From: Octopus sinensis
Lineage: Eukaryota
DNA length: 64,000 nucleotides
Direction: 5' to 3'
Assembly (NCBI RefSeq): GCF_006345805.1
Contig: NC_043004.1
Location: 101,184,001-101,248,000 of the forward strand
Shown one piece after another: positions 51,032-63,414 of this stretch. Below the pieces are notes generated by a model that ran no database searches, was not told the origin of the DNA, and saw only the letters and a program-made list of their open reading frames with translations. Position 1 is the first letter of the stretch; each line of letters starts with the position of its first letter. Made by a program: the position numbers and the translations under genes.

Positions 51032-52661
51032 CCAGTGTAAGGCAAGTTAAAGAGAACTCAGAACAGGTTGATACAGTGTTGTGTAAAATAGGTATCTCTA
51101 GCTTGGACAAACGTAATTTGGTGAATGACTAACATGAAGTGTTAGGTTATGTTTTGGGAGAACAAAGGCTTGTGGTTAATGTTGGGAATAGAACTACCCA
51201 AAGAAAAGCTGACATGGGCATCTGCATTCTAAAAGATATAGCCTTGGTGGTTGGTGATAACTTACGCATAGATAAACAAACCCAATAATAATTGACATAA
51301 TGTAAATGTTTATATGTTGTTAGGCTGGCCAATGGCACATAATTTAATCTCCACAGTAACATATCTTATGCTTACAATATACAGAACACTACTTTTTGCA
51401 CACATTCTTGTGATGAAACTCTCTTCATTTCCTGTGTCTGAAGACTTAATTTTGGATTGAGAGCTCCCAAATGAAGCCTTAATTTATGGTGGCCTTGTAT
51501 CAAAATTAGAAAGAATTGTGTTCTGAATTGATTTAATTCACTCAATGAAATTGTGGCCTTGAGTTACTATGAGAAACCCTAATGACTGTTACCACTATTT
51601 GAGCGAGCTTTTACTATTAAATATATTCTTGGGCATTAACATTCGGTTTTCTCTGCAGTGATGTATAACGAATCTCTTCACAGTGTAAGAACAACAATTA
51701 GATTCCGTACTTACAGGTTTAACAATCAAAGATCTAGGTTACAGAAACCTTAGTATAGACTTCCAAGTTTTAACAGCTTTTTTGTTCCTTCTCCACCTCC
51801 AAACCATCTTTGCTTGATTTTAGAAGAATGAGGATTAAATACTTTCAACTTAGTCAAAGAGAAGAGAAACAATCACCTGTAACCCTGGGCAGGAATTAAT
51901 AAAAGAAACCCATTTGAATTAATTCTAGATTACATGTGATTATTCCTGTCTGAGAAGATATATACCATTTCAATACATCTCTCCCTTTGCTGTTAAGAAT
52001 TTCACCATTCTCGGGATTTACTAATCCATATTGATTCCTCTATTCCCAGGATATACTAATCTATATTGATATCCCTGTTACTAGAAAATAATAATCTATA
52101 TTAAGCTAAAATCTAATTCGTTTTCTAAATCCTGTCTGTATTTTGCATTTGTTGTCACATTTATGTATATATTTGTTGTTGTTATTGTTCTCATTCTTTT
52201 GCTGTTTGTAATAATAATATGGTATAGCAGCTATTCTTGATGTTGCTGCTATTGTTGTCGCTATTGTTTTCCTTGTTGATATGTTCTGGTGAGTCTGGTG
52301 ACAGCCATTCCTGCTGCACATGTTGCTTCGCATGTTGCTGACAAAGTTTTTATCAAACATCTCCACACCTCATTTCCTGACCCCTTGATACGGGTTATTT
52401 CTAGAACATGTAAAATATAAACGGTCAACTATGGCAAAATGCCTACTGTTTCTTTTTCTTCACCATCTCACCCTCGTCTCTACCTCCAACCCCTTTGACT
52501 ATAACACTCCAATGATATGCACTGCCCAACCATAACTGCAGGGTTCAGTAACAAATATAGCTGGCCCATGTGCCAGCACTGTACAGATTTGATTGTCTGC
52601 CAACTGGACTAAAATATGCTTCTCTAAATTGACCGATGTCAGTAGATATTCATATATCTGT

Positions 52662-52698
<37 letters not shown>

Positions 52699-52744
52699 TG
52701 TGTGTTTATGTCTGGGTATGTACAATTTTTTTCTTTTCTATATA

Positions 52745-53515
52745 TCATAGGCACAGGAGTTGCTGTGTGGTAAGTAGCTTGCTTACCAACCACATGGTTC
52801 CGGGTTCAGTCCCACTGCATGGCACCTTGGGCAAGTGTCTTCTGCTATACCCTTGGGCTGACCAAAGCCTTGTGAGTGGATTTGGTAGACGGAAACTGAA
52901 GTGTCTGTGTGTCTGTTTGTCTCCCCACCATCGCTTGACATCCCCATAACTTAGCAGTTCGGCAAAAGTGACCAATAGAATAAGTACTAGGATTACAAAG
53001 AATAAGTCCTGGGTCAATTTGTTTCTACTAAAGGTGGTGCTCCAGCATGGCCGCAGTCAAATGACTGAAACAAATAAAAGAATCAAAGAATATTATTACA
53101 TATCATAAATGGTTTTGCAAACTTTCTGGAAATTGTAATCATATCTTTTGTCTTTTATTTGTTTCAGTCATTGAATTGTGGCCATGCTTCAGCAGTGCTC
53201 TGAAGGGTATTAGCTGAATGAGTACTTATTTTTAGGCCCAATACTCATTCTGTCAGCCTCTATTGTTGATCTAAGTTACAAGGACATAAACAAATGATTG
53301 CCAAGTGGTGAGTAAAGAACAGAAACACACACAAATGTGTGTGTGTGTATGTATATATTATATATATATATATACACACATACACACACACAACAGGATT
53401 CTGCACAGTTTCTGTATACTTAATCCCTTCACAAGGCATTACTAGAGGACACATGTCCAAGGTACAACACAGTGGGACTGAACCCAAAACCATGTGGTGA
53501 CAAACGCACAATCAT
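52745..53515. mobile_element. Two CORE-type SINEs tail-to-tail (52745-53085 on +, 53145-53515 on -)
   Basis: Family sequence on opposite strands with a ~60-bp spacer. Confidence 0.8.
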
Positions 53516-53662
53516 GTCTGTGCCTGTGTATGTAGACATTTAACATAATCAGGTCAGAATATTTCCATTACTATTTCTGTCATTGAGGCAGTTGAATTCT
53601 TTTACCAATCTTTTTGACCCTTCTCAGTCTTGGATTTTCAACTAATCCAGTATATATTTAAC

Positions 53663-53897
53663 CAGGGCTGTGGAGTCAAAACAAAAATCTTTTGACTCCG
53701 ATTCCTCTACTGTCGGCACCTCTGACTCCGACTCCTCTTTATGTAATTAAGTGATTGTGGTCTGCATACCTCGTAAAGCATATGCTTGTACTTAGAGTAG
53801 ACCTATATGTTATAACTGGTTTATATTAAAGAATAAATGTATTGCGAGTCAGTCGGTATAGTTTTACCGACTCCATGACTCCAGTTCCACAGCCCTG
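53663..53897. mobile_element. hAT-like MITE
   Basis: TIR CAGGGCTGTGGA; perfect 8-bp TSD TATTTAAC. Confidence 0.9.
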
Positions 53898-53904
53898 TAT
53901 TTAA

Positions 53905-54107
53905 CCCTTTTGCATTCATATTACTCTTTCAAATGTAATGCTTATTTATTCGCATAGTTTTGAATTAATCATGCTCTATCTCAAAGCTTGTGATGTGATT
54001 GTACATTTTTAGAGTGACATTGTAGGGCAGGTGTGGGTGGTCAGATTCGGCTAGTCTGAACATAAAAAATATTTAGGCCAGATAATGCCAGTTTATATAC
54101 TTAAGGG
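53905..54107. mobile_element. piggyBac-like MITE
   Basis: TTAA|CCCT...AGGG|TTAA; related copy at ~57371-57944. Confidence 0.75.
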
Positions 54108-54804
54108 TTAAGTATTGGTATAACTTCTATTCAAGTGCTTCATTTAAGCTTGGTAATCCTGGTGGTGCCCATCTCCCTAGCATGTCGATGTCATTGACTC
54201 TTAAGGAGCTCATTTGCCTTTGACAGTTTTTTTTTTTTTACCCTTCAGGTTGCCCACAATCCTTCCTCATTGGACTTGTCCCATTATGGACAAACAGTGG
54301 ACCATGGGACTCTTTGAATGGCATGCTTCAGGAAGAATCAAAATTTTTTTAGTAGTGCTCTTATAAAGAGCTATGTCTCATGCGACTCACTTCTCACAAA
54401 GGTTAGTCATGCCTAGGATTGTCCAATAGGAGTTGGCTTAATCACCAACCACTCAGCTCAGCTACAAGCAGGTAATACTAGATCATGTCACACCATAGAA
54501 TTGGTGCTGACCATGTGTGAATGTAACAATTTATGAAATATTTTAAACTTGTAACTGACAATTGTTGGTTCAATGCATTTTCAAGAGTAAGAATGGTAAG
54601 GAATAGTAACTCTGTGAAATTTATTGGAAGAAAACTACAAAAAATATAAACATGCATGTATATGTGTGAGTGTATGTATGAACATACACATCAACAACGT
54701 GAATGGTATTACCTCAAGGGAAACCATCTACATGCATACAATATGCTCTTGCACAACTTATTGTATTATAGATGTAAGAGCTCATCATATCTATAGATAG
54801 ATAG

Positions 54805-55445
54805 ATACTCTTTTACTTGTTTCAGTCATTTGACTGCAGCCATGCTGGAGCACTGCCTTTTAGTCGAGCAAATCGACCCCAGGACTTATTCTTTGTAAGC
54901 CTAGTACTTATTCTATTGGTCTCTTTTGCCGAACTGCTAAGTAACGGGGACGTAAACATACCAGCATCGGTTGTAAAGCGGCGAGCGAGCAGAATCGTTA
55001 GCACATCGGGCGAAATGCTTAGCGGTATTTCGGCTGCCGTTACGTTGTGAGTTCAAATTCCGCCGAGGTCGACTTTGCCTTTCATCCTTTCGGGGTCGAT
55101 AAATTAAGTACCAGTTAAGCACTGGGGTCGATATAATCGACTTAATACCTATGTCTGTCCATGTTTGTCTCCTCTATGTTTAGCCCCTTGTGGGTAATAA
55201 AGAAATAGGTTGTAAAGCGATGTTGGGGGAACAAACACACACACATATACATGCATATTTATATATATACATATATACGACAGACTTCTTTCAGTTTCCG
55301 TCTGCCAAATCCACTCCCAAGGCTTTGGTCAGCCCGAGGCTATAGTAGAAGACACTTTCCCAAGGTGCCACGCAGTGGTACTGAACCCGGAACCATGTGG
55401 TTGGTAAGCAAGCTACTTACCACACAGCCACTCCTGCGCCTATGA
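54805..55445 (-). mobile_element. CORE-type SINE interrupted by a Meta-type SINE
   Basis: Insert at 54981-55207 on + strand with TSD GGTTGTAAAGCG. Confidence 0.9.
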
Positions 55446-55909
55446 TAACAAAATTCTACAGAGTTTCTATTTACCAAATTTCACTCATAACATATTGTTT
55501 AATCCAAGGCTTTGATAACAGACACTTGCCTAAAATGCTGCGCAATGGGATTGAACCCCAAATCTTGTAGTTCCTAAGAGAATTTTTTAACCACATGCCA
55601 TGCACTTTTGTGTTAGCTGCTAATAAATTTAGTAGCAGTATTATACTGAGATTGATTCACTCGATCAGGTAAACAAACCTTTTGCAACTATGAGATCCTT
55701 GCTTATTTCACTTGGCACAATACAAACCTAAATCTCACTGCAATGTGTAATATTTGTATTGATCTCAAGTGCTTTTTTTATTCCTTTATGCCTCCACACC
55801 TCTTTTGTATTAAAACAGCTGATGATGCAGCTGATGGCTGGCTGCTGATCAGCAGTTCAGATGGTCAATGGTTTGTAGTTACCCCCCCCCCCCCCGCCCT
55901 TACTTGACA

Positions 55910-56320
55910 CTTACTCTTTACTCTTTTACTTGTTTCAGTCATTTGACTGCGGCCATGCTGGAGCACCGCCTTTAATCGAGCAACTCGACCCCGAGACTTA
56001 TTCTCTTGTAAGCCCAGTACTTATTCTATCGGTCTCTTTTGCCGAACCGCTAAGTGATGGGGACATAAACACACCAGCATCGGTTGTCAAGCAATGCTAG
56101 GGGGACAAACACAGACGCACAAACACACACATGCATATATATATATATATACACATATACGACGGGCTTCTTTCAGTTTCCGTCTACCAAATCCACTCAC
56201 AAGGCTTTGGTCGGCCCGAGGCTATAGTAGAAGGTACTTGCCCAAGGTGCCACGCAGTGGGACTGAACCCAGAACCATGTGGTTGGTAAGCAAGCTATTT
56301 ACCACACAGCCACTCCTGTG
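55910..56320 (-). mobile_element. Young CORE-type SINE
   Basis: Near-identical to 59490-59872. Confidence 0.9.
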
Positions 56321-56784
56321 CATAATAATTGCTAATAATTTAAATTTACTTCATTGTAAATAGCTTCCAGGTGAATATTTTGCTTCACTGTGAAAATATT
56401 AGTTTGACCCATAAGAATGTGAGCTTACGTAGTTACTCAATTTTCAGTTGGGAGGAATATGAAGGATGTAGAGGGGCTGGCACAGGACTGCCAGCAATGG
56501 TGGACTTGGTCAGCTCTGATGATGTCTCTGGGGACCACTTACCTAAGATGAACCCAGCCCCATCAAACAAGAACATGAAGCAGCAAACAATATGAAATCC
56601 TGCAACAGAGGTTCTCAAACTTTTTGGGCCACTGCCCCACTCCTAGCCACATAATACCCTCAGCACCCCCGCTTCTATTTTTATGTGTAAATAAATATTT
56701 TATATTTTACTAATTTATATATACTATGAATCGTTTGATATTTAATATAATATTATATAATTTGTATACTATACTATAATATAT

Positions 56785-56990
56785 TTCTTTACTACCCACA
56801 AGGGGCTAAACACAGAGGGGACAAACAAGGACAGACAAACGGATTAAGTCGATTACATCGACCCCAGTGCGTAACTGGTACTTGATTTATCAACCCCGAA
56901 AGGACGAAAGGCAAAGTCGACCTCGGCAGAATTTGAACCCAGAACGTAACAGCAGACGAAATACGGTTACGCATTTCGCCTGGCGTGCTA
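56785..56990 (-). mobile_element. Young Meta-domain-type SINE
   Basis: Reverse complement of family consensus with CpGs retained. Confidence 0.9.
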
Positions 56991-57370
56991 TAATAATAAT
57001 ATAAATTCATAGTGTTGCCCAATTCACTGCCTTCCTCCTAATGCCTCCTTTTCCTCTACCACCCCATACCAGCCTCTTAGACACCAGCGCCCACTTGAAC
57101 CCTTTCAACACACCCACTTTGAGAACCTATGATCTAGAATAACGATGAGAATATTAGAACCTCTTGCTATAGTTTAGTCTTTTACCAAATTCTTACATTA
57201 CATTCTTACATTTTTTGATGTTACAAACTATTATTTAACAGTAAAGAGAATTGGTAAAATGTGTCTCCAGATTGTCAATATGCTCACTGGATCCAGCAGC
57301 TCTTCTTGTGACCAGATTGTTATTGAAAATTTTATGGTTCTAGAGTTTATGAGTCTGCTACTTACTTCAG

Positions 57371-57944
57371 CCCTTTTGCTTTCGGATTACTCTGTCAAAT
57401 GTAATTCTTATTTATCCACATTGTTTTAAATTAATCATGTATTATCTCATAACTTTTGAGATTTCAATGATGTAATTGTTTATTTTTTGAATAACATTGT
57501 AGGGAAGGTATGAGAAGCTGGATCTGGATAGTTTGAACATCTCTGAGACCTCCTTCGGTCATGGCACTGACCATGGGATTGCACCTAGAATTTTACCCTC
57601 CCAGGCACAAGTCCGGGGAAGGTTGTTTATGGAAGGCCAGCAGTTGTCCATGCATACCGGCTTCCCCTCTCCATGCCACCAGTGTTATCCAAGGGAAAGG
57701 CAAGGGCCAATACAGCGCGGCACCTGTGACATCACAACTCATTTCTACAGCTGAGTGAACTGGAGCAACGTGAAATAAAGTGTCTTGCTCAAGAACACAA
57801 CTCGCAGCCTGGTCTGGGATTTGTGCTCACAATCACACAATTGTAAGCTCAACGCTCTAACCACGGAGCCATGCGCCTTCACAGTTTGAGCATAAAACAG
57901 GAAGAATGTGTGGGTTGGATATGGTTGGTTTTAATGTTAAAGGG
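57371..57944. mobile_element. piggyBac-like MITE carrying a SINE insertion
   Basis: Homologous to 53905-54107; right end AGGG|TTAA; left coordinate approximate. Confidence 0.65.
57541..57882 (-). mobile_element. tRNA-derived SINE with 11-bp TSD
   Basis: Head GTGAAGGCGCATGGCTCCGTGGTTAG; TSD AGTTTGAACAT/AGTTTGAGCAT. Confidence 0.85.
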
Positions 57945-58209
57945 TTAAGACAAATGGATTTAACAGAATAGTGTAGCTGTCTGATAATATTTTAAAAAGA
58001 TATATTACAAAATTGTCTGCTTTGAATTTTGATATGGATGGGCCTCCAGTCATCGAAAATCTGCCTTAACAAATTCCATCTGACTTGTGAAAGCATGGGA
58101 AAAAGGACATTAGAACAATGATAATGAGAAAAGAGGTTATTTAATAAAGCAAGATTATTATATTGGTATATAACTTCAGGACTGTACAAAATCTCAAAAA
58201 GTGTGTGTC

Positions 58210-58650
58210 TAGATTGTGGGTGTGTGGTAAGAAGCTTACTTCCCGACCACCATGGATCCAGGTTCAGTCCTACTGCATGTCACCTTGGGTAAGTGTCTTC
58301 TACTAGAGCCTCAGGCTGACCAAAGACTTGTGAGTGGATTTGGTCAGTTGCAACTAAAAGAAGCCCATTGTGTGTGTGTGTGTGTCTGTCTGTCTGTCTT
58401 TGTGGCTGTGATTGTCCCCCTTCATTGCTTGACAACAGGTGTTGGTGTGTTTATGTCCCTGTAACTTAGCAGTTTGGCAAAAAGAGACATGATAGAATAA
58501 GTCCTGGGGTTGCAACTAAAAGAAGCCCATTGTGTGTGTGTCTGTCTGTCTGCCTGTCTTTGTGGCTGATAGAAAAAGTCCTGGGGTTGATTCTTTTGGT
58601 ATAAAATTCTTCAAGGTGTGCTCCATAATGGTCACAGTCTAACAACTGAA
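58210..58650 (+). mobile_element. CORE-type SINE with internal duplication
   Basis: CAACTAAAAGAAGCCCATTGTGTG occurs twice (~58351 and ~58513). Confidence 0.8.
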
Positions 58651-59489
58651 ACAGACAAAAGATGTGCATGTGCTTTGGATCTGCAGCTGTGCTGCCCTGT
58701 AGAACACCTTCATATTAGCAATGAAGATCAATTTGAAATGGAAGGAGTTTTTTTCCTGTTAATATTTGAAAGAAAATTGTTATTCCAATTGCATGATTGC
58801 ACATGATTTGCAGCTACATAAAACCACATCCTGACTCTCTTGAGAGATGAAATCAATGAGACTACATATACACATGTTCAAGCAAATGAAGTTGTAGGTA
58901 GAAACGGACAGTCTACTTTGTGCAAAGGGGTTTTAAGCAATAGATTGCTCAGCCTGTTGCTGCATTGTGTAATGTAAGCATTTTAGTTTGAATGGGTTGC
59001 ATTCACGATTGAAGCATACCTGATAGGTGTGTACGGTTGAAGAAGCAGGGTGATGGGACATACATCAACATTGCAGGCAGACTTGGATGCAGCGGTCAAA
59101 GGTTAACTTAGCAGTGAAATGGGAAAACAGTTGTATTGATCTTATGATTCATCTGGCAACTGTATGTGTTAGCTGTCTGAAGTTGTCTGATATAGTTAAT
59201 GTGCTGGTACAATGGCAACTTGCAATCTTAGAGGAACTAATTGATACCTACAATCGGTAGACTGACATCAGAAGACTCATTGTCAAAGTATAATAAATAC
59301 TACATACACTGGTGCCATCTTAACTCTGTATTTTGTCAGTGTTGAAGTGCAAGTATTCCAAGGTATATTGCTAATTGCAGATTGGTACTTAATGAAGAAA
59401 CTACTGGAAATTAAGCTGGTGTCAGCTGAAATACATAAATATTAACCTCCTTTATAGCGAAAAGATTATGATTAGACTTGGTCTCTTTT

Positions 59490-59872
59490 ACTCTTTTACT
59501 TGTTTCAGTCATGGAGCACCACCTTTAATCGAGCAACTCGACCCCGGGACTTATTCTTTTGTAAGCCCAGTACTTATTCTATCTGTCTCTTTTGCCGAAC
59601 CGCTAAGTAACGGGGACATAAACACACCAGCATCGGTTGTCAAGCAATGCTAGGAGGACAAACACAGACGCACAAACACACACATGCATATATATATACA
59701 TATACATATATACGACGGGCTTCTTTCAGTTTCCGTCTACCAAATCCACTCACAAGGATTTGGTCGGCCCGAGGCTATAGTAGAAGACACTTGCCCAAGG
59801 TCCCACGCAGTGGGACTGAACCCGGAACCATGTGGTTGGTAAACAAGCTACTTACCACACAGCCACTCCTAT
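59490..59872 (-). mobile_element. Young CORE-type SINE
   Basis: Near-identical to 55910-56320. Confidence 0.9.
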
Positions 59873-60719
59873 GCTAAAAGAACATGATTTCTGCTAATTA
59901 TAAGGAAAACTGGACTGAGATACATGATTTAGAAAATTAGGTTTGTACAGGATTGCTCGTGGTTATAAATTTAGCTTCCTGTATGAAGGAAAAGGTTTAT
60001 AAAACTATTCAGAGTCACTTTCAGAATTGTTGTTGTGGCTGCTGTTTCTCTGTTGATTACCGATTGTTTGTGTTACTGTTTTGTTGGCTTGCAGCTCTAA
60101 ACTGAAGTCCTACAGTTGGATATGGAGAATGGCAATGTGAAACCATTCCAGCGGAATCTCTACATCAATCACATTCTTCAATCAGAATACACGACAACAA
60201 AGTCTTTAACAAAACAATTAAAAACTATAAAAAAAAAAATATATATAAGTTGTTCATAAAAATTATTTCAGTCTGGCAAGGTAGAAGTTAGTGTATTTAT
60301 AATAAAAAACTATTTATATCTCTATTCAATAAACTAACTAGATTGTCTCTTGGTTGGAAGCTATCAGGACATATTTATTTTTTAGGCTTCTAAGCAATTA
60401 ATATCTCTGTAATCATTACAACTCAATCACTTTCTATCTATTTTCTCTGTAGTCTTTGCTAAACAGTAAAATGAAAAATTGGCATTAATAATGCTTGTAA
60501 ATGTACTTGTTCTCTCAACTATGTTGTTGATGTTTAGCTATGTGTCACTGTCTTCTGAGATAACAGGAAATTCTTTGTTCGACTTGGATTATAACAATAT
60601 ATTGTTTCGGTGTATTGTAAGAAATCATTATTATTATTAGTCAGTCATCTTAATTTCATTTCATGCTTTCACTCCATTACTGAGCTCAGTTATTTATGCT
60701 TTGGGTATGTGCAGTATTT

Positions 60720-62540
60720 TGTTATTATTGCTTCTATTGTACGGAAGATGCTCCACATAGCATTTGCAGTTCTTAATGTATTTTCTGTGATATGCATATT
60801 TGTAAATCCTGAGGTTCTGATTATATGTTTCTCTGCATTTCCCCCCCCCCTTTTTCCTTCACAAGGCACCTATTCTTATAAGGATTATTTTTGTTTTCAA
60901 CCTTCACAGTCAGGTTATCTTTATTTCCACATCTTTATATTGGGATAGTTTCTCAATTTCTTTTAGAGTTGTATCATCATCTGTCGGGTGTGGCATGTCA
61001 ATTAGAAGCCTTCTTGGTGGTCCTTGATAGCAATTTCTGGTTAGTTAACCTTGATATTCCTGTTTGTGTGTGTGTGTAGTGGCATATACCAGAGTGTGGT
61101 CACTTTCTCATTCTCTGACATTTTTTTTTTCTGGTGTATGCTTCCACCAATTCTTTTCTGGTGGTGTTCCCTAATTCTGGCATAATTTCCAGTTCGCATA
61201 AGCCTTGTAGATGTATTCTTTCTTGGTTAATTGTATCATCTCATCTCCATATATTTTACATGCTTTATTATATGCTTTTGCTAGTTTTTGGTTAAAAGCC
61301 TTCATCCTGTATCACAATCAGGAACCTTGCAGTCTTGTGCTTTTTAGAGAGTCTTACAATTTTTCTTTGTCTACTTCTATTCTGTTCAGCTTTTACAGTT
61401 ATTGACATGTAGGGACTTTTTGTTATTGCTTTATCATGGCGCCATTCTGTAACCCCATTTCAGTCTGGTTTTGTTTTAGCCTTTTCACAATTTCTATTGT
61501 AGGTTCTTTTCTTTCATAACTAACTTTCATTTCAGACTCCATCTTGCATTTGTTAGCTTCCTTGAAAACAGAAAAGTTGTTTGCTCATGTTTTGTAGCTA
61601 TCTTTATTAGTTTTCCATTATTCTTTTCTGTATATTTTTTCTTGTCCCACAGTGGATATTTTATCATAGTTTTCCAACTGCATAAGGTCTCATATCTTCC
61701 TGTATTCATAATATATATAATCTTTCTATATCAAATTTTCAGTGGCTTACACTGAATGTGATTATTATTTTTCTTGTTCTCTTTTCTAATCTTGTTCGTT
61801 CGTTTAGCATCCAGTTGAGAATATTATTACTTGAACTTATTACTGGGACAGCTCAATATTTATACCTTTTACCTTATTTTTATCATTTAGCTCTGTCTTT
61901 AATATTCTTTTCTAATTTCATCTTTTAGGTATGTTGTACACTGTCTAATTGAATGACTCCTAAGTATTTGTATGTCCATGTTTGGCTTAATTCTCTTACC
62001 TCATGTTTCTTTATCTAACAGGAAATGTAGCATTCTTAATTAATTTCTGTCTCTTCAAGGTTGTTTTGGTGTGGTTCTCTTATCCAAAAATCTCTTTATC
62101 AATTTCTTCAGTAAATACACACACTGTCTATGAAGAGTGGTCTTCATAGTTCTTTATAATCTGCAGCCTGCAACTTGAGGCCATCCCTATAAGGAGATAT
62201 AATTGATTGTCTTAGCCATGGTGCATTTATCTACCTCCAGTTTTTGTTTAGCATGTCAGATAAAGGCATCAGTGCCAGACAGAAAAAAAGGAGTGGAGAG
62301 AAATAATCCCCTTGGAATATTTTTCTAGTGGAGGTGGTTTACTTTTTATGATTCATTCTTTGAATTGTATCTGCAAAATTGTTTACTATTTACTCTTGAC
62401 ATGTTTTCCCATATCTTCCTTCTTCTGGGAGTCAATCCATGCCATGTTGTAACCCTTTTCTCCTGCAGTATAGCTCTGTTGATTTTCACAACCATAGGAT
62501 CCTTTGTATCATCCCTTTTTGCTCTGGAAACAGGTTTATT
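60720..62540 (-). mobile_element. Heavily decayed R4/Dong-clade non-LTR retrotransposon (RT to RLE endonuclease)
   Basis: Minus-strand fragments: NLFPEQKG, NMAWIDSQK, YKYLGV, ELNDKNKVKGINI*AVPVIS, ENEKVTTLWYMPLH, LIDMPHPTDDDTT, EIEKLSQYKDVEIKIT; these are colinear with the R4/Dong ORF. Confidence 0.75.
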
Positions 62541-62549
62541 TTTCTATAT

Positions 62550-62940
62550 TCTTTCACTTGTTTCAGTCATTTGACTGTGGCCATGCAGGGGCACTGCCTT
62601 GAATGGTTTTAGTCAAACAAATTGACCCCAGGACTTATTTTTTAAGCCTAGTACTTATTCAGTCTATCTCTTTTGATGAACCAGTAAGTTACAGGGACAT
62701 AAACACACCAACACTGGTTGTTAAGTGGTGATGGCAGAGGGAGCAAACACACACACAAATATATTCTTTTATGTGCTTCAGTCCTGAGGACACCATGATG
62801 GGCTCCTTTCAGTTTCTGTCTACCAAATCTACTCACAAGGCTTTGGTAGGCCCAAGGCTATAGTAGATAACATTTGCCCAAGGTGTCATGCAGTGGGACT
62901 GAACCTGGGACCATGTCTTTGGGAAGCAAGCTTTTTAAAT
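62550..62940 (-). mobile_element. Old CORE-type SINE
   Basis: CpG-decayed family sequence. Confidence 0.8.
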
Positions 62941-62944
62941 ATCA

Positions 62945-63400
62945 AGTTGACAGAATTGTTAGAGCATCAGGAAAATTCTTTGCAGTATTTCTCCCGGCTC
63001 CTAGCATTCTGAGTTCAAATCCTACTAAGATTTACTTTGCCTTTTATCCCTTTGGGGGTGGTCATTAAAATGAAATACCAGTCAAGTTCTTGGATAGATA
63101 TGATATATTATTCCTTCCTCCAAGATGTGTGCTTTTGCAACTGTTAGAAATTGATACAATTGAACTGGCATAATTGTTAGAATGTCAGATAAAATAACTT
63201 GCAAATTCATTCCGACACTTAACATTCTGAGCTTGAATTCTGCCAAGATCAACTTTACTTTTTCATCCGTTTGGGCTCAATAAAATAAAGTGCCATTCTA
63301 GTATTAGATCTAGTTAACGGTATTAACTATCCTCCTACCACCAAATTTCAGACTTATAACTATGCTAGAAATATAATAATGATAATGAAAATAATAATAA
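62945..63400 (+). mobile_element. Two old Meta-domain-type SINEs
   Basis: Decayed head, TTCTGAG.T..AAT and CTTT..TCATCC motifs; (AAT)n tail. Confidence 0.65.
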
Positions 63401-63414
63401 TAATAATAATGATA

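Noticed and set aside
52240-54402. Apparent signal-peptide exon (MLLLLLSLLFSLLICS, 52240-52288) spliced to a segment at 54249-54402 with strong splice sites
   Set aside because: The joined frame hits TAG at 54350-54352 and the other frames also close. Part of the segment matches the interior of the MITE at 16662-16810 in reverse, and the leucine run is low-complexity sequence.
56445-56595. Short + strand open frames after an acceptor-like site
   Set aside because: One frame (MKDVEGLAQDCQQWW) resembles an RTE C-terminus, so it is more likely a LINE scrap than a host exon.
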